Below, piece by piece: positions 56,096-64,000 of a stretch of 64,000 nt of DNA. The stretch comes from a virus, in the IMG/VR virus record IMGVR_UViG_3300037840_000188, positions 32,001 to 96,000 of that record; one strand, written 5' to 3'. The position numbers and the translations under genes are program-made. Below the pieces are notes generated by a model. It had not been told where the DNA came from and did not search any database. It was given only the letters and a program-made list of their open reading frames with translations. Position 1 is the first letter of the stretch, and each line of letters begins with the position of its first letter.

Positions 56096-56710
56096 TTGCC
56101 CAACTTAAAGCCTACCGCACTTGAACGCCTGATGGCGAAAGTAATCGTACTGCCGAATGGATGCTGGCAGTGGACGGGCTCGCTGGATGATTGTGGATAT
56201 GGATTCTTTCGAATGGATCGAGGGGTAATGTGGCGAGCGCATCGTGCGTCGTATGTCCTGCGAAATGGACCAATCCTAAAAGGAGCGGAATTGGATCACT
56301 CGTGCCATGATCCTAAATTATGCAAGCTGGGGAATAAATGCCCTCATCGAGCGTGCGTAAATCCTGAACATATGGTCGTTTCAACTCACGCTAATAATTG
56401 TTCTCGCGAGCGAGCTAATAATGGCATGGAGGCAGCCCATGCCGCACAGAGAGCAAGGACACACTGCAAGCATGGTCACGAATTTACTCCGGAAAATACG
56501 TATAAAACAAAGAGCGGAAGAAGTTGCAGGCTATGTACATTGCTGAGTATGAGGGTAAAGCCACAGTTGAAATTAGAATGCATCCGTGGCCATATACTCA
56601 CCCCAGATAATCGATGCGGGAAAAGATCTAACTCATGCAAAATGTGCAGAAAGGAGCAGCTACACGCTAACTACATAGCGAGAAAAAATAAACATCAAGA
56701 CCTGATCTGA
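56096..56710 (+). CDS. HNH homing endonuclease
   Basis: CWQWTG, AHRASY, LDHSC, CVNPEH, THCKHGHEF. Confidence 0.88.
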   Translation: MPNLKPTALERLMAKVIVLPNGCWQWTGSLDDCGYGFFRMDRGVMWRAHRASYVLRNGPILKGAELDHSCHDPKLCKLGNKCPHRACVNPEHMVVSTHANNCSRERANNGMEAAHAAQRARTHCKHGHEFTPENTYKTKSGRSCRLCTLLSMRVKPQLKLECIRGHILTPDNRCGKRSNSCKMCRKEQLHANYIARKNKHQDLI

Positions 56711-56955
56711 TCATCAAATTCATCGTCATTGACATCTGGTTTATCGAAAGCAAGAAAGCGTCGCCATGCAGGCTTTTCATCAGAGCCATCAAATACCTCA
56801 GTATCAAATCTTGGATTCGGCTCTTCGGTTCTTCTAATGATCGGCGGCATTCGTGAGCCAAGCTCCTCCTCGTAAAGCTCTCGAATGATTCGCAACTCTC
56901 GCGCAATCTCCTTCATGGGGGAAAAAATCAACCGCAACATCCGAAGGAGTTTCAA
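56695..56955 (-). CDS. hypothetical protein
   Basis: Coupled ORF. Confidence 0.5.
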   Translation of the reverse strand: MKLLRMLRLIFSPMKEIARELRIIRELYEEELGSRMPPIIRRTEEPNPRFDTEVFDGSDEKPAWRRFLAFDKPDVNDDEFDDQIRS

Positions 56956-57152
56956 GCTCGATACTCCCTCTCCGCGTGATTCGGTTCCGCCAATTCTCGC
57001 CGATCAAAGCTGTTATGAACTATCACGTCAGCCGTAGTTTCAGGATGCCGCTCGGGATGGCAGTGGCAATCCGGTATCTCGAAATGGGGCTCCACGTCTT
57101 CTGTGGGGATGATATGCATGACACCGCTTACGCTGCGTACCTTCCACGGCAT
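56952..57152 (-). CDS. hypothetical His/Cys protein
   Basis: H...CHCHP...IVHNSFDRRE. Confidence 0.6.
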   Translation of the reverse strand: MPWKVRSVSGVMHIIPTEDVEPHFEIPDCHCHPERHPETTADVIVHNSFDRRELAEPNHAEREYRA

Positions 57153-57466
57153 TACTTGAAGTCCTCGAAATAAACAGGCATGTACTTATCCTGCGTAACG
57201 TTCCTCAGGACGCCACAATAAATCGGCAGATATTTATTTTCGCGGATCGGAATCAGCGTGCTGCCAAATGCAGATTTATTCTCCTTCTCGGAGGCGTCAA
57301 AGAAGTCTCGATATCGATTCGGGCTCTCGGGGTGTACATGAAGCTCGATCACGTCCAGTACGGGCGGAAGGGAATTATAGAGCGCCTCTATATCTGCGAG
57401 AGTGAGACTGCCGGTCATAGCCGCACTCCATACCACCGCGCCACATTCCTCACCGCTGACGCCCAC
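57152..57466 (-). CDS. hypothetical protein
   Basis: ORF track. Confidence 0.45.
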   Translation of the reverse strand: MGVSGEECGAVVWSAAMTGSLTLADIEALYNSLPPVLDVIELHVHPESPNRYRDFFDASEKENKSAFGSTLIPIRENKYLPIYCGVLRNVTQDKYMPVYFEDFK

Positions 57467-57563
57467 TCGAAATAATTACACGGAGGATCGTCGTCTGTCG
57501 ATACACGCCAGAGCCAGACACCGGGCCAGCGGCTCGGGGCGGAGAAGATGCGGGGTTTGATTT

Positions 57564-57938
57564 TCATACAGGCAGCCTCGCCGGAGTCGCAGGATATCGA
57601 AGACCGCCATCCATGCGCTTCCAACCCTCGCCGGGTTTTCGATAGTATTTGTCGCCAGGCGACCACCGAACGTCGGGATCATTCCTCAGAGCCCACTTCG
57701 CGTTCAGATACTCAAAGACGGGCGATGAGCAGAAGATCATATCAGGGAGTCCGGCGTCACTCATGTATTGCAGCGTGATCGAATTTATTTGATCGAGGCC
57801 CCCGTTCCATGTTGGGTTAATCTGCTCATTGATAAACGTCCCGATCTCTGGCTGTTTAATTGGCAGAAATCGAGCCGCCAACGGGGCAAGCACTGGCGCG
57901 AGAAGCGCAGCGAAAAATGAGTGGCGATTATTCTCCAT
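57564..57938 (-). CDS. hypothetical protein, degenerate Tat-like N-terminus
   Basis: MENNRHSFFAALLA. Confidence 0.45.
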   Translation of the reverse strand: MENNRHSFFAALLAPVLAPLAARFLPIKQPEIGTFINEQINPTWNGGLDQINSITLQYMSDAGLPDMIFCSSPVFEYLNAKWALRNDPDVRWSPGDKYYRKPGEGWKRMDGGLRYPATPARLPV

Positions 57939-58746
57939 TTTCAACCTCGGATATGTCGGCGGGACCTTTATCAGAATGTTCGGGCACCTGATTCCAGTCC
58001 CGCTCCGCTTCGATTGCTGGATCACCCCCTTCTGTGATTGTGTCGGCACTTAAATCGAAAGTGACTCCCGCCAAGCGGTTCCCAGCCGCTTCAATACCGT
58101 GGCCGCCGTAATTATTATTTATGGCGACCGTCACACCAGCCGACTTATTGGAAATGCCGTTCATAAGGAGAATCTTCTCTCGCGCATGGCTATCGCCCGG
58201 CTTACTCAGCTTACCTTTACCGCTGCATTGTGGGCAGTCCCGAACAAACCTCGCTCCCATCGGACGAATACCTCCTGGTATTGGTCCGCCATCCTCAGGT
58301 AACGGTGGCATCTCCTGCTCTGACACATTCACAAACCCCCACCCGTCACACCGGCCACACGCCTCCTTCTGTGTGAGCGCATCGTCGGCCATGTGAGAGG
58401 TGATCTCGGGGAGTCGCTGCGCCGCTATGGAAAGCGCGCGGGTCCGACTGGCACTACGGAGGAAGTCTGTAAACTCTGCGAGCGAGATATCCATTATCTT
58501 CGCGAGAGTCGAGGCCTTTTTGTTGCGGTTCTTAGGGAGGTTTAGCTGGCGCAGGTACTCGCGGAAGCGCTTATCGGTTGACGCGGCCAGCGCCTGCTGC
58601 ATCTCCGGGCTCTGGAGTTTGGCTTCTTCAAGGAAAGCCTGGTACGGGACGTCGATCTCTTCAGCGTCCCACGCCGGAACAAGGCCGCGATACTTTTCGA
58701 GCATCATGCCGGGCGGGATGGGGGGTTTAGGCATTACGCTACCCAC
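57928..58746 (-). CDS. putative terminase small subunit-like protein with Zn finger
   Basis: HTH-like segment, CxxCxGxG pairs; upstream of TerL. Confidence 0.5.
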   Translation of the reverse strand: MGSVMPKPPIPPGMMLEKYRGLVPAWDAEEIDVPYQAFLEEAKLQSPEMQQALAASTDKRFREYLRQLNLPKNRNKKASTLAKIMDISLAEFTDFLRSASRTRALSIAAQRLPEITSHMADDALTQKEACGRCDGWGFVNVSEQEMPPLPEDGGPIPGGIRPMGARFVRDCPQCSGKGKLSKPGDSHAREKILLMNGISNKSAGVTVAINNNYGGHGIEAAGNRLAGVTFDLSADTITEGGDPAIEAERDWNQVPEHSDKGPADISEVENGE

Positions 58747-58913
58747 ATAGCGACGACGCCGGTATTTATACCCACAGCAGCCGCCGAAACAATATAAGAC
58801 CAGTATTTTTTCTGATTACCCATAGCGAAGGCCATGAGAGTAAATGCAATTGAAAGCGCAATAGCGGTAACCGCCAACTTCCATATGGGAATACAGATCA
58901 CGTGACTAATCGC

Positions 58914-59093
58914 CTATTTCTTCTTCGCGGTCGAGCGGCCAGACATCTTGGCTTCGTGCTTCTGATCCATCTTGCGGCCTAGGGCAGTTTCGTTGGGACC
59001 CTTCATCCAGCCTTTAGCGTTCGCGATCTTATACGGAATTTTGCTATCAGCGCCATACTCCTGCTTCAGCTTTTTTAAAAGGAATTCCGGCAT
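58914..59093 (-). CDS. small basic protein
   Basis: GGAGG SD; MPEFLLKKLKQEYG. Confidence 0.6.
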   Translation of the reverse strand: MPEFLLKKLKQEYGADSKIPYKIANAKGWMKGPNETALGRKMDQKHEAKMSGRSTAKKK

Positions 59094-59375
59094 TACCCCT
59101 CCACCTTCCTCAGCCCCATCGGCGTCACCTGAAAAACCTTGGGATCGTCAGGATACTTACAGTCAGGGCAGTTATAGAGGTTCTCTCCAGTCCACTTTCC
59201 ATTCTCGGCGGTGCCAAGCTGCCGAAGTTCCGTGCTGTGGATCGGACACCTGTGCCCCATGCGTCCATCTTAACGCAAAGAGGGACCACACGCGGAGGAT
59301 GGGTTGCCCCTCTTCGTTGCACCCGGAAAAGCTTCCGGCGACTGATTCCCTTACCGCTAAAGCCGCTCGCGCGAG

Positions 59376-59654
59376 TTACGGAGTGGGCAGGCCGGTACGA
59401 AGGGCGGGTGCGATATCAATCAGATCTCTTCTCGACGTAGCGCCTGTCTTGTCAAAGATGTGGCGCATGAATGTCTTAATGCTTCCTTTCGCGATCCCGA
59501 GCGTGCTCGCGATCACTCTATCAGAACAGCCACGCGCCGCCAGTGCGGCTACCTCAGATTCACGCTGAGAGAGACCCTTGGAGGTGACCCCGCGCGGCTT
59601 GTAGTCGCGGCGTGGGGTGCGCTGGAGAGAGAAGGTGGAGAGGGCGGAATTCAT
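59376..59654 (-). CDS. LuxR-type HTH regulator
   Basis: LSQRESEVAALAARGCSDRVIA..LGI. Confidence 0.85.
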   Translation of the reverse strand: MNSALSTFSLQRTPRRDYKPRGVTSKGLSQRESEVAALAARGCSDRVIASTLGIAKGSIKTFMRHIFDKTGATSRRDLIDIAPALRTGLPTP

Positions 59655-59657
59655 GGG

Positions 59658-59900
59658 CTAGCCGATAAGCCTCGACTCTGGAATATATCGCTCGCGCCAA
59701 AGGAACTCTGCCTGCCTTGCGGTGAATCCAGCGCGCCTCGCGGCGGCGATAAAGTTCAGACGCGGAGCCTCTCGCTCGCGCACTCTCGCGGCCTCCTGCT
59801 CGACATGTACGCGTTTCAACGCCTCGTTTAACTTATTTAACTGTGCGGGTGATAGTCGCTTACCCATCTGATTGAGAGAGCGAGAGTGGATGACACTCAT
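59658..59900 (-). CDS. hypothetical protein
   Basis: ATG lies inside the IS target duplication. Confidence 0.5.
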   Translation of the reverse strand: MSVIHSRSLNQMGKRLSPAQLNKLNEALKRVHVEQEAARVREREAPRLNFIAAARRAGFTARQAEFLWRERYIPESRLIG

Positions 59901-59950
59901 GAGGTGAAAATATACTTGACTCCTCAAATCAGTTCTCCTAAAATGGGTTT

Positions 59951-60934
59951 ATGGAAGCCGCCGCACCCGAACCAAAGACATTTCTGGAAGCCGTTCAGTA
60001 CTTCGCTAACATCGACAATTGCATCGCATACCTTGCTAACAAGCGTTGGTCGAACGGCATCGTAGAGTGTCCGACGTGTGGCCGTAAGGATGCGGCCTAC
60101 GTGCCGTCTCGTCGTTACTGGCAGTGCAAGACGCGGCACCCTAAGGCGCAGTTCTCGGTTAAGGTCGGGACGATCTTTGAGGACTCTCCTATCGGTCTCG
60201 ACAAGTGGCTTCCCGTCATGTGGCAGGTTGCCAGTTGCAAGAATGGCGTCTCGTCCTGGGAAATCAGCCGGAACCTCGGAGTAACCCAGAAGACCGCGTG
60301 GTTCATGCTCCATCGCATCCGGCTTGCAATGCAGGACGACTTCACGGGCGGAAAGCTTGGTGGCGAAGTGGAAGTCGACGAGACTTTCATCGGCGGTAAG
60401 GCACGGAACATGCACAAGGACCGCAAGTGGCGTGCGCTTGAAGGGGCTGGTGGTGGCCAAGTCGGAAAGACCGCCGTTATCGGGCTGCTCGAACGTGGCG
60501 GCAAGGTTCGCACTCAAGTCATCCCGAACCGGAAGCGGCCCACGATTCAGGCCGAAGTACGGAAGCACGTTGAGCCGGGATCGCCGCTGTACACGGATCA
60601 GCTTGAGTCCTATCGCGGCCTGAATGAGTTTGAGCATCAGGTGATCGATCACGCCGTGGCATACGTCAATGGGCAGGTTCATACCAACGGGCTCGAAAAC
60701 TTCTGGTCCTTGCTCAAGCGCGGATTGGGCGGCACCTATGTTTCCGTCGAACCGTTCCATCTGTTTCGGTACGTTGACGAACAGGCGTTCCGCTACAACA
60801 CGCGCAAGGACGCGGACGGCGAAGTGATCCCCGATGCAGAGCGTTTCGGCGAACTGTGTCGAAAGGTCGTGGGTAAGCGGCTGACGTATGCCGAACTCAC
60901 CGGCAAGGTGGGACAAAAACCGGAAGACTTCTAG
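59951..60934 (+). CDS. IS1595-family transposase
   Basis: CPTCG, EVDETFIGG, LYTD, HTNGLENFWSLLKR. Confidence 0.95.
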   Translation: MEAAAPEPKTFLEAVQYFANIDNCIAYLANKRWSNGIVECPTCGRKDAAYVPSRRYWQCKTRHPKAQFSVKVGTIFEDSPIGLDKWLPVMWQVASCKNGVSSWEISRNLGVTQKTAWFMLHRIRLAMQDDFTGGKLGGEVEVDETFIGGKARNMHKDRKWRALEGAGGGQVGKTAVIGLLERGGKVRTQVIPNRKRPTIQAEVRKHVEPGSPLYTDQLESYRGLNEFEHQVIDHAVAYVNGQVHTNGLENFWSLLKRGLGGTYVSVEPFHLFRYVDEQAFRYNTRKDADGEVIPDAERFGELCRKVVGKRLTYAELTGKVGQKPEDF

Positions 60935-61113
60935 GAATCTTCCCCGTGGTCCGAAGCGGAAGGCTTGACCCTCCGTTTTGGTCCGCGCCTGTTGGGGTTC
61001 GCGTCTACCTGTTTCCGATACTCCGCCTCGCGGCGCTGCATCTCTTCGCGCGATACAGACAGAACCCTTCCGACCAGCCCATCGAAGGCGTTGAACTCGG
61101 CAGAGTGTTTCAT
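60931..61113 (-). CDS. small basic IS1595-associated protein
   Basis: EFNAFDGLVGRVLSVSR. Confidence 0.6.
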   Translation of the reverse strand: MKHSAEFNAFDGLVGRVLSVSREEMQRREAEYRKQVDANPNRRGPKRRVKPSASDHGEDS

Positions 61114-61165
61114 TCGTGCCCATCCTATCAATTTCCTCGCGGCGACGCGGTGATAGACTCCCCAG

Positions 61166-61606
61166 ATGGCGAAGCCGCGACCATTTGACCCTCAATACCC
61201 ACTCCTCTGCAAGGGTGAGGGTTGTTCGCAATATATCTGGCTCCCTCAAGGAATCCTCGCAGATATACTTGGCGATCCACTGGGCCGCCCAAAAATCCAG
61301 TATCCCGCCATAGCCGTTGTATGCCCTCACTGCAAGCAACTTCAAACGCTATCGAAGGACCAATTTGTCGCGGGTCACATGGAAGGGCGATACCTTGATG
61401 TGGCCACCGAGTTTTATACGTTGCTTCAATGCGACGAGGAAAAGTGCAGCATTCAAGTACCACTGTACGTGCAATGGAAAGCTCCCACATTTCCCTCCAC
61501 CGAAGCAGAGTTATTCGAAGAAACCGATACATGGAAATGGGGTGACCTGCGCTGTGCTGCTGGGCACTCAATTGTGAAACCACCCCATTGGCCGCTGGTC
61601 TCATAG
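61166..61606 (+). CDS. hypothetical Cys-containing passenger
   Basis: ORF track. Confidence 0.5.
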   Translation: MAKPRPFDPQYPLLCKGEGCSQYIWLPQGILADILGDPLGRPKIQYPAIAVVCPHCKQLQTLSKDQFVAGHMEGRYLDVATEFYTLLQCDEEKCSIQVPLYVQWKAPTFPSTEAELFEETDTWKWGDLRCAAGHSIVKPPHWPLVS

Positions 61607-62473
61607 TTAGCCGCCGCCCTTCGCCTCGTCCAGACGCGCAAACATGTTATCCACGATCCCGGCCAATTGCTTGGTGGTCCACTTGTGCTCGTCAGGTTTA
61701 GCGGCACGACCATACAGTAATCGAAGTCGCTTAAGGTCCACCGTATCTGCTTTCCCTGAAAGCTTACGTTGGCGATGCCAGCACAACACGTCCGCAGCCT
61801 GTAACGGAAGACGGGTCTCCATGTCGCCAGGTATGACATCTCCGATGTAACGGTAAGCGTCTGGATAAAGGGACCCGAACCATTCCCTGAAGTCGTCCTG
61901 AGTCTTATCGAGTGTTTTGGAGATGTATTGCTTTTTGGAAACTACGAAGTCCACCTTGTCCGCATCTGGGAAGTGCCTGCGAACCGCTGCCACGACTCTT
62001 ACCATGTATGTCAAATAGCAGTAGTAATCCGGAAACTTTAAGCGGTCTGGAATATGCCTTTTCTTTTGAAATCGAGAGTGAATGAGATTCTTTATTTCAT
62101 CTTGGCTGATCGCCGATGTTGTTACCCGCAGCGAACCGCAACAAGACAGGATTCTGGCTGCTTGGTCGATTCTGTTCTGTGCCTCAATGTATGACATCCC
62201 GATTTTCTTAAGCCACTCCTCTGACATCTCGGACATGTGCAGATAAGGCAACGACCCAGTGCGTGGCGGTCCATCCAATACTTGCTCCTGCCACGCTCGG
62301 GCGATGTATGGCCAGTCATCCTTCGGGGCGATATAACCGCCAACAAAAAACTCGCTAGTATTTTTTACTTCCGACTCATCCGAATGAGAAATAAACACAG
62401 CCACTCGCTTATACCTCGGAGAGAAGCCAGAGAATAGCGAATCCGTGAGAGCCGCTGCTGTAGCTCCCCTCAT
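61607..62473 (-). CDS. DUF3800-like (RNase H-fold) protein
   Basis: SDES...FVGGY, LHMSE, LQAADVL. Confidence 0.75.
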   Translation of the reverse strand: MRGATAAALTDSLFSGFSPRYKRVAVFISHSDESEVKNTSEFFVGGYIAPKDDWPYIARAWQEQVLDGPPRTGSLPYLHMSEMSEEWLKKIGMSYIEAQNRIDQAARILSCCGSLRVTTSAISQDEIKNLIHSRFQKKRHIPDRLKFPDYYCYLTYMVRVVAAVRRHFPDADKVDFVVSKKQYISKTLDKTQDDFREWFGSLYPDAYRYIGDVIPGDMETRLPLQAADVLCWHRQRKLSGKADTVDLKRLRLLYGRAAKPDEHKWTTKQLAGIVDNMFARLDEAKGGG

Positions 62474-62543
62474 GCGTAACCCCTGCGACTCTGTGAAAAA
62501 TGGTACCGCTCTCCGCTTGAGGAGTCAACGATATTATCACCAC

Positions 62544-62888
62544 TCATGAGCCGACCTGTTCCGTTGTCCCTTCCCACACGAACTGATCGAGAGGGTAATG
62601 CGCCCCGCACCGGCAGCAAAATGTCCCGCTATAAAAGCCGGGATCGCGGGCATAGGTTTCCGCCAGAGCGGTTCCCATTGTGGTTACGGAGCCGCATTTT
62701 TTATGAATATAGGAGCGTCGCACTGGCCGAACAAAACCCTTGGCGCGTTCCTTTTCACAGAGGACCACATATCCCTTCTGCTGGCCATCTGATCGCAACT
62801 CACGGTGATCTTCCGTCACGGGAGAGCCATCGGTCAGAACGCGACAACTGCGATCCACTGGCGGAATTTGATCTATTTCCATGTCCAT
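62544..62888 (-). CDS. hypothetical zinc-binding phage protein
   Basis: H..CG...TFCCRC. Confidence 0.65.
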   Translation of the reverse strand: MDMEIDQIPPVDRSCRVLTDGSPVTEDHRELRSDGQQKGYVVLCEKERAKGFVRPVRRSYIHKKCGSVTTMGTALAETYARDPGFYSGTFCCRCGAHYPLDQFVWEGTTEQVGS

Positions 62889-62893
62889 TACCC

Positions 62894-63136
62894 TTAATTA
62901 AGCGGTGGCGCGACCTTTACTAAAATTGTTTCCGGTACCGGCCCATCCCCTTGATATATGACCCGAATACCAGGAAACCGCTCCTTTAACTTCGCGATGT
63001 AACGATCCGCTTTGCCTTCCTCGGAATCCGTGACGAAACCCACCACCAGCTTTTCCTGCATCGCCTTTTCGCCGATCTGACGAATACGCTCGTCTTCTTG
63101 CAGATCCGCTATATCTTTGTAGGGTATTGGCTTCAC
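62894..63136 (-). CDS. hypothetical protein
   Basis: GGGAG SD. Confidence 0.55.
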   Translation of the reverse strand: MKPIPYKDIADLQEDERIRQIGEKAMQEKLVVGFVTDSEEGKADRYIAKLKERFPGIRVIYQGDGPVPETILVKVAPPLN

Positions 63137-63466
63137 GGCGTCGCTCCCATCTGCGCTCTCTCTCGGGGATTCGAGTCCACATTTAACCCAAGATCATCCG
63201 ACAGTCTGACGCCGAGCCAGAGGCCAACTACGGTGAGCGCCAGAGCGGAGATGATTACCCAGCGGCTCATAGATCGGCCATCCTCTCCAGCTCATCAACG
63301 GCCCGGCCTGCCCACAACTCCTCAATAAACATCTGGACCACGTGCTCGTTACTCACACTGCTCAGATCAGTCGCTCGGTCGGACCTATCCACTCGCAACG
63401 CAGTTCCATGCGGAGACGTAGACGCCTTGACATCAGAGTCCCTACCGCCTTGCGAGTAGAGAGCCA

Positions 63467-63931
63467 TCACTTGATCGCTTTCAATTTCAAACCGCACGCA
63501 ATCCAGTCCGTCGTCAGACAAGCTTGTCCATCATAGAGCGTCATCTTTCCAGAGCAGATTGCGCGGTTAACCGCCTTTTCAACCACGTCCTTGACGCGGG
63601 CGTTGTATTTACCGGAATACGGCTCTGCCCAGAGATTCTTGTCAGGATCGTTAGATCCACCGTTCTCCAGACTGAGGTAGTGATCTACTTCACAGCATCC
63701 GCTCTTCATCTGCTTGTCGCGAGCCAGGATTTGCTTCTTCGTCGCCTCGGTGACAGAGCGGACGGTCGCCGTGTATCCAACAACGCAGATCGTTGAATTG
63801 ATCGTCGCCTGCGTTACAGCCTTATCGCGGTCGCCAGTCACACCCACTGGCGGATAAGCCTCAGGAGGCCCAATCCGGTCGGCAGCGAAGAGTGCCACGC
63901 AAAGGCAGGAGACCAGTACGAGTGGCCGCAT
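63467..63931 (-). CDS. secreted HNH-like protein
   Basis: Signal peptide; EVDHYLSLENGGSN...NLW. Confidence 0.65.
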   Translation of the reverse strand: MRPLVLVSCLCVALFAADRIGPPEAYPPVGVTGDRDKAVTQATINSTICVVGYTATVRSVTEATKKQILARDKQMKSGCCEVDHYLSLENGGSNDPDKNLWAEPYSGKYNARVKDVVEKAVNRAICSGKMTLYDGQACLTTDWIACGLKLKAIK

Positions 63932-64000
63932 TATGCCGCCTTCACGTACTCGCGGAGAAGTCCGACGATAAGTTGCGACATATTCTTATTTTCGCCCTCA

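Larger units (their letters stand above)
59903..62541 (+). mobile_element. IS1595-family transposon with passengers
   Basis: 25-bp imperfect TIRs GGTGA.AATAT..TTGACTCCTCAA; TSD ACTCATGA (59895-902 and 62542-49). Confidence 0.93.

Noticed and set aside
59924-61345. 473-aa minus ORF (also 30088..30882, 27387..27950, 30870..32114)
   Set aside because: Antisense shadows of transposase or passenger genes.
1-64000. Genome-wide TAG reassignment (code 15)
   Set aside because: Long genes are intact in code 11, TAG ends several genes normally, and no CTA-anticodon tRNA was found.

Overview
This window is a large part of a tailed phage (Caudoviricetes) or prophage genome with podovirus-like gene order. 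The host cannot be identified; the many near-leaderless genes and IS1595 elements are compatible with an Acidobacteria-like host (inference). From right to left on the minus strand: putative small terminase, large terminase (split by one in-frame TAG), a TROVE/Ro60-like operon preceded by three Y-RNA-like tRNA mimics, portal, scaffold, major capsid, head-tail and tail genes, and ejection proteins. A glycosyltransferase/methyltransferase cluster lies on the plus strand (1-7.7 kb). A ~13 kb island inside the morphogenesis module carries 26 tRNA genes (one IS-split, one truncated), HNH nucleases and a release-factor homolog. Three IS1595 elements are present; one carries a restriction-modification system and a toxin-antitoxin pair. 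Most notable: (1) major capsid and large terminase both appear to start at ACG; (2) an RF1-like factor has a prfB-style +1 frameshift at CTT-TAA-C; (3) a leader-peptide attenuator precedes most of the tRNA array; (4) three Y-RNA-like genes share terminal motifs but have different tRNA-mimic cores. Together these suggest a phage system that senses and rescues translation stress. All calls come from manual reading, not database searches.
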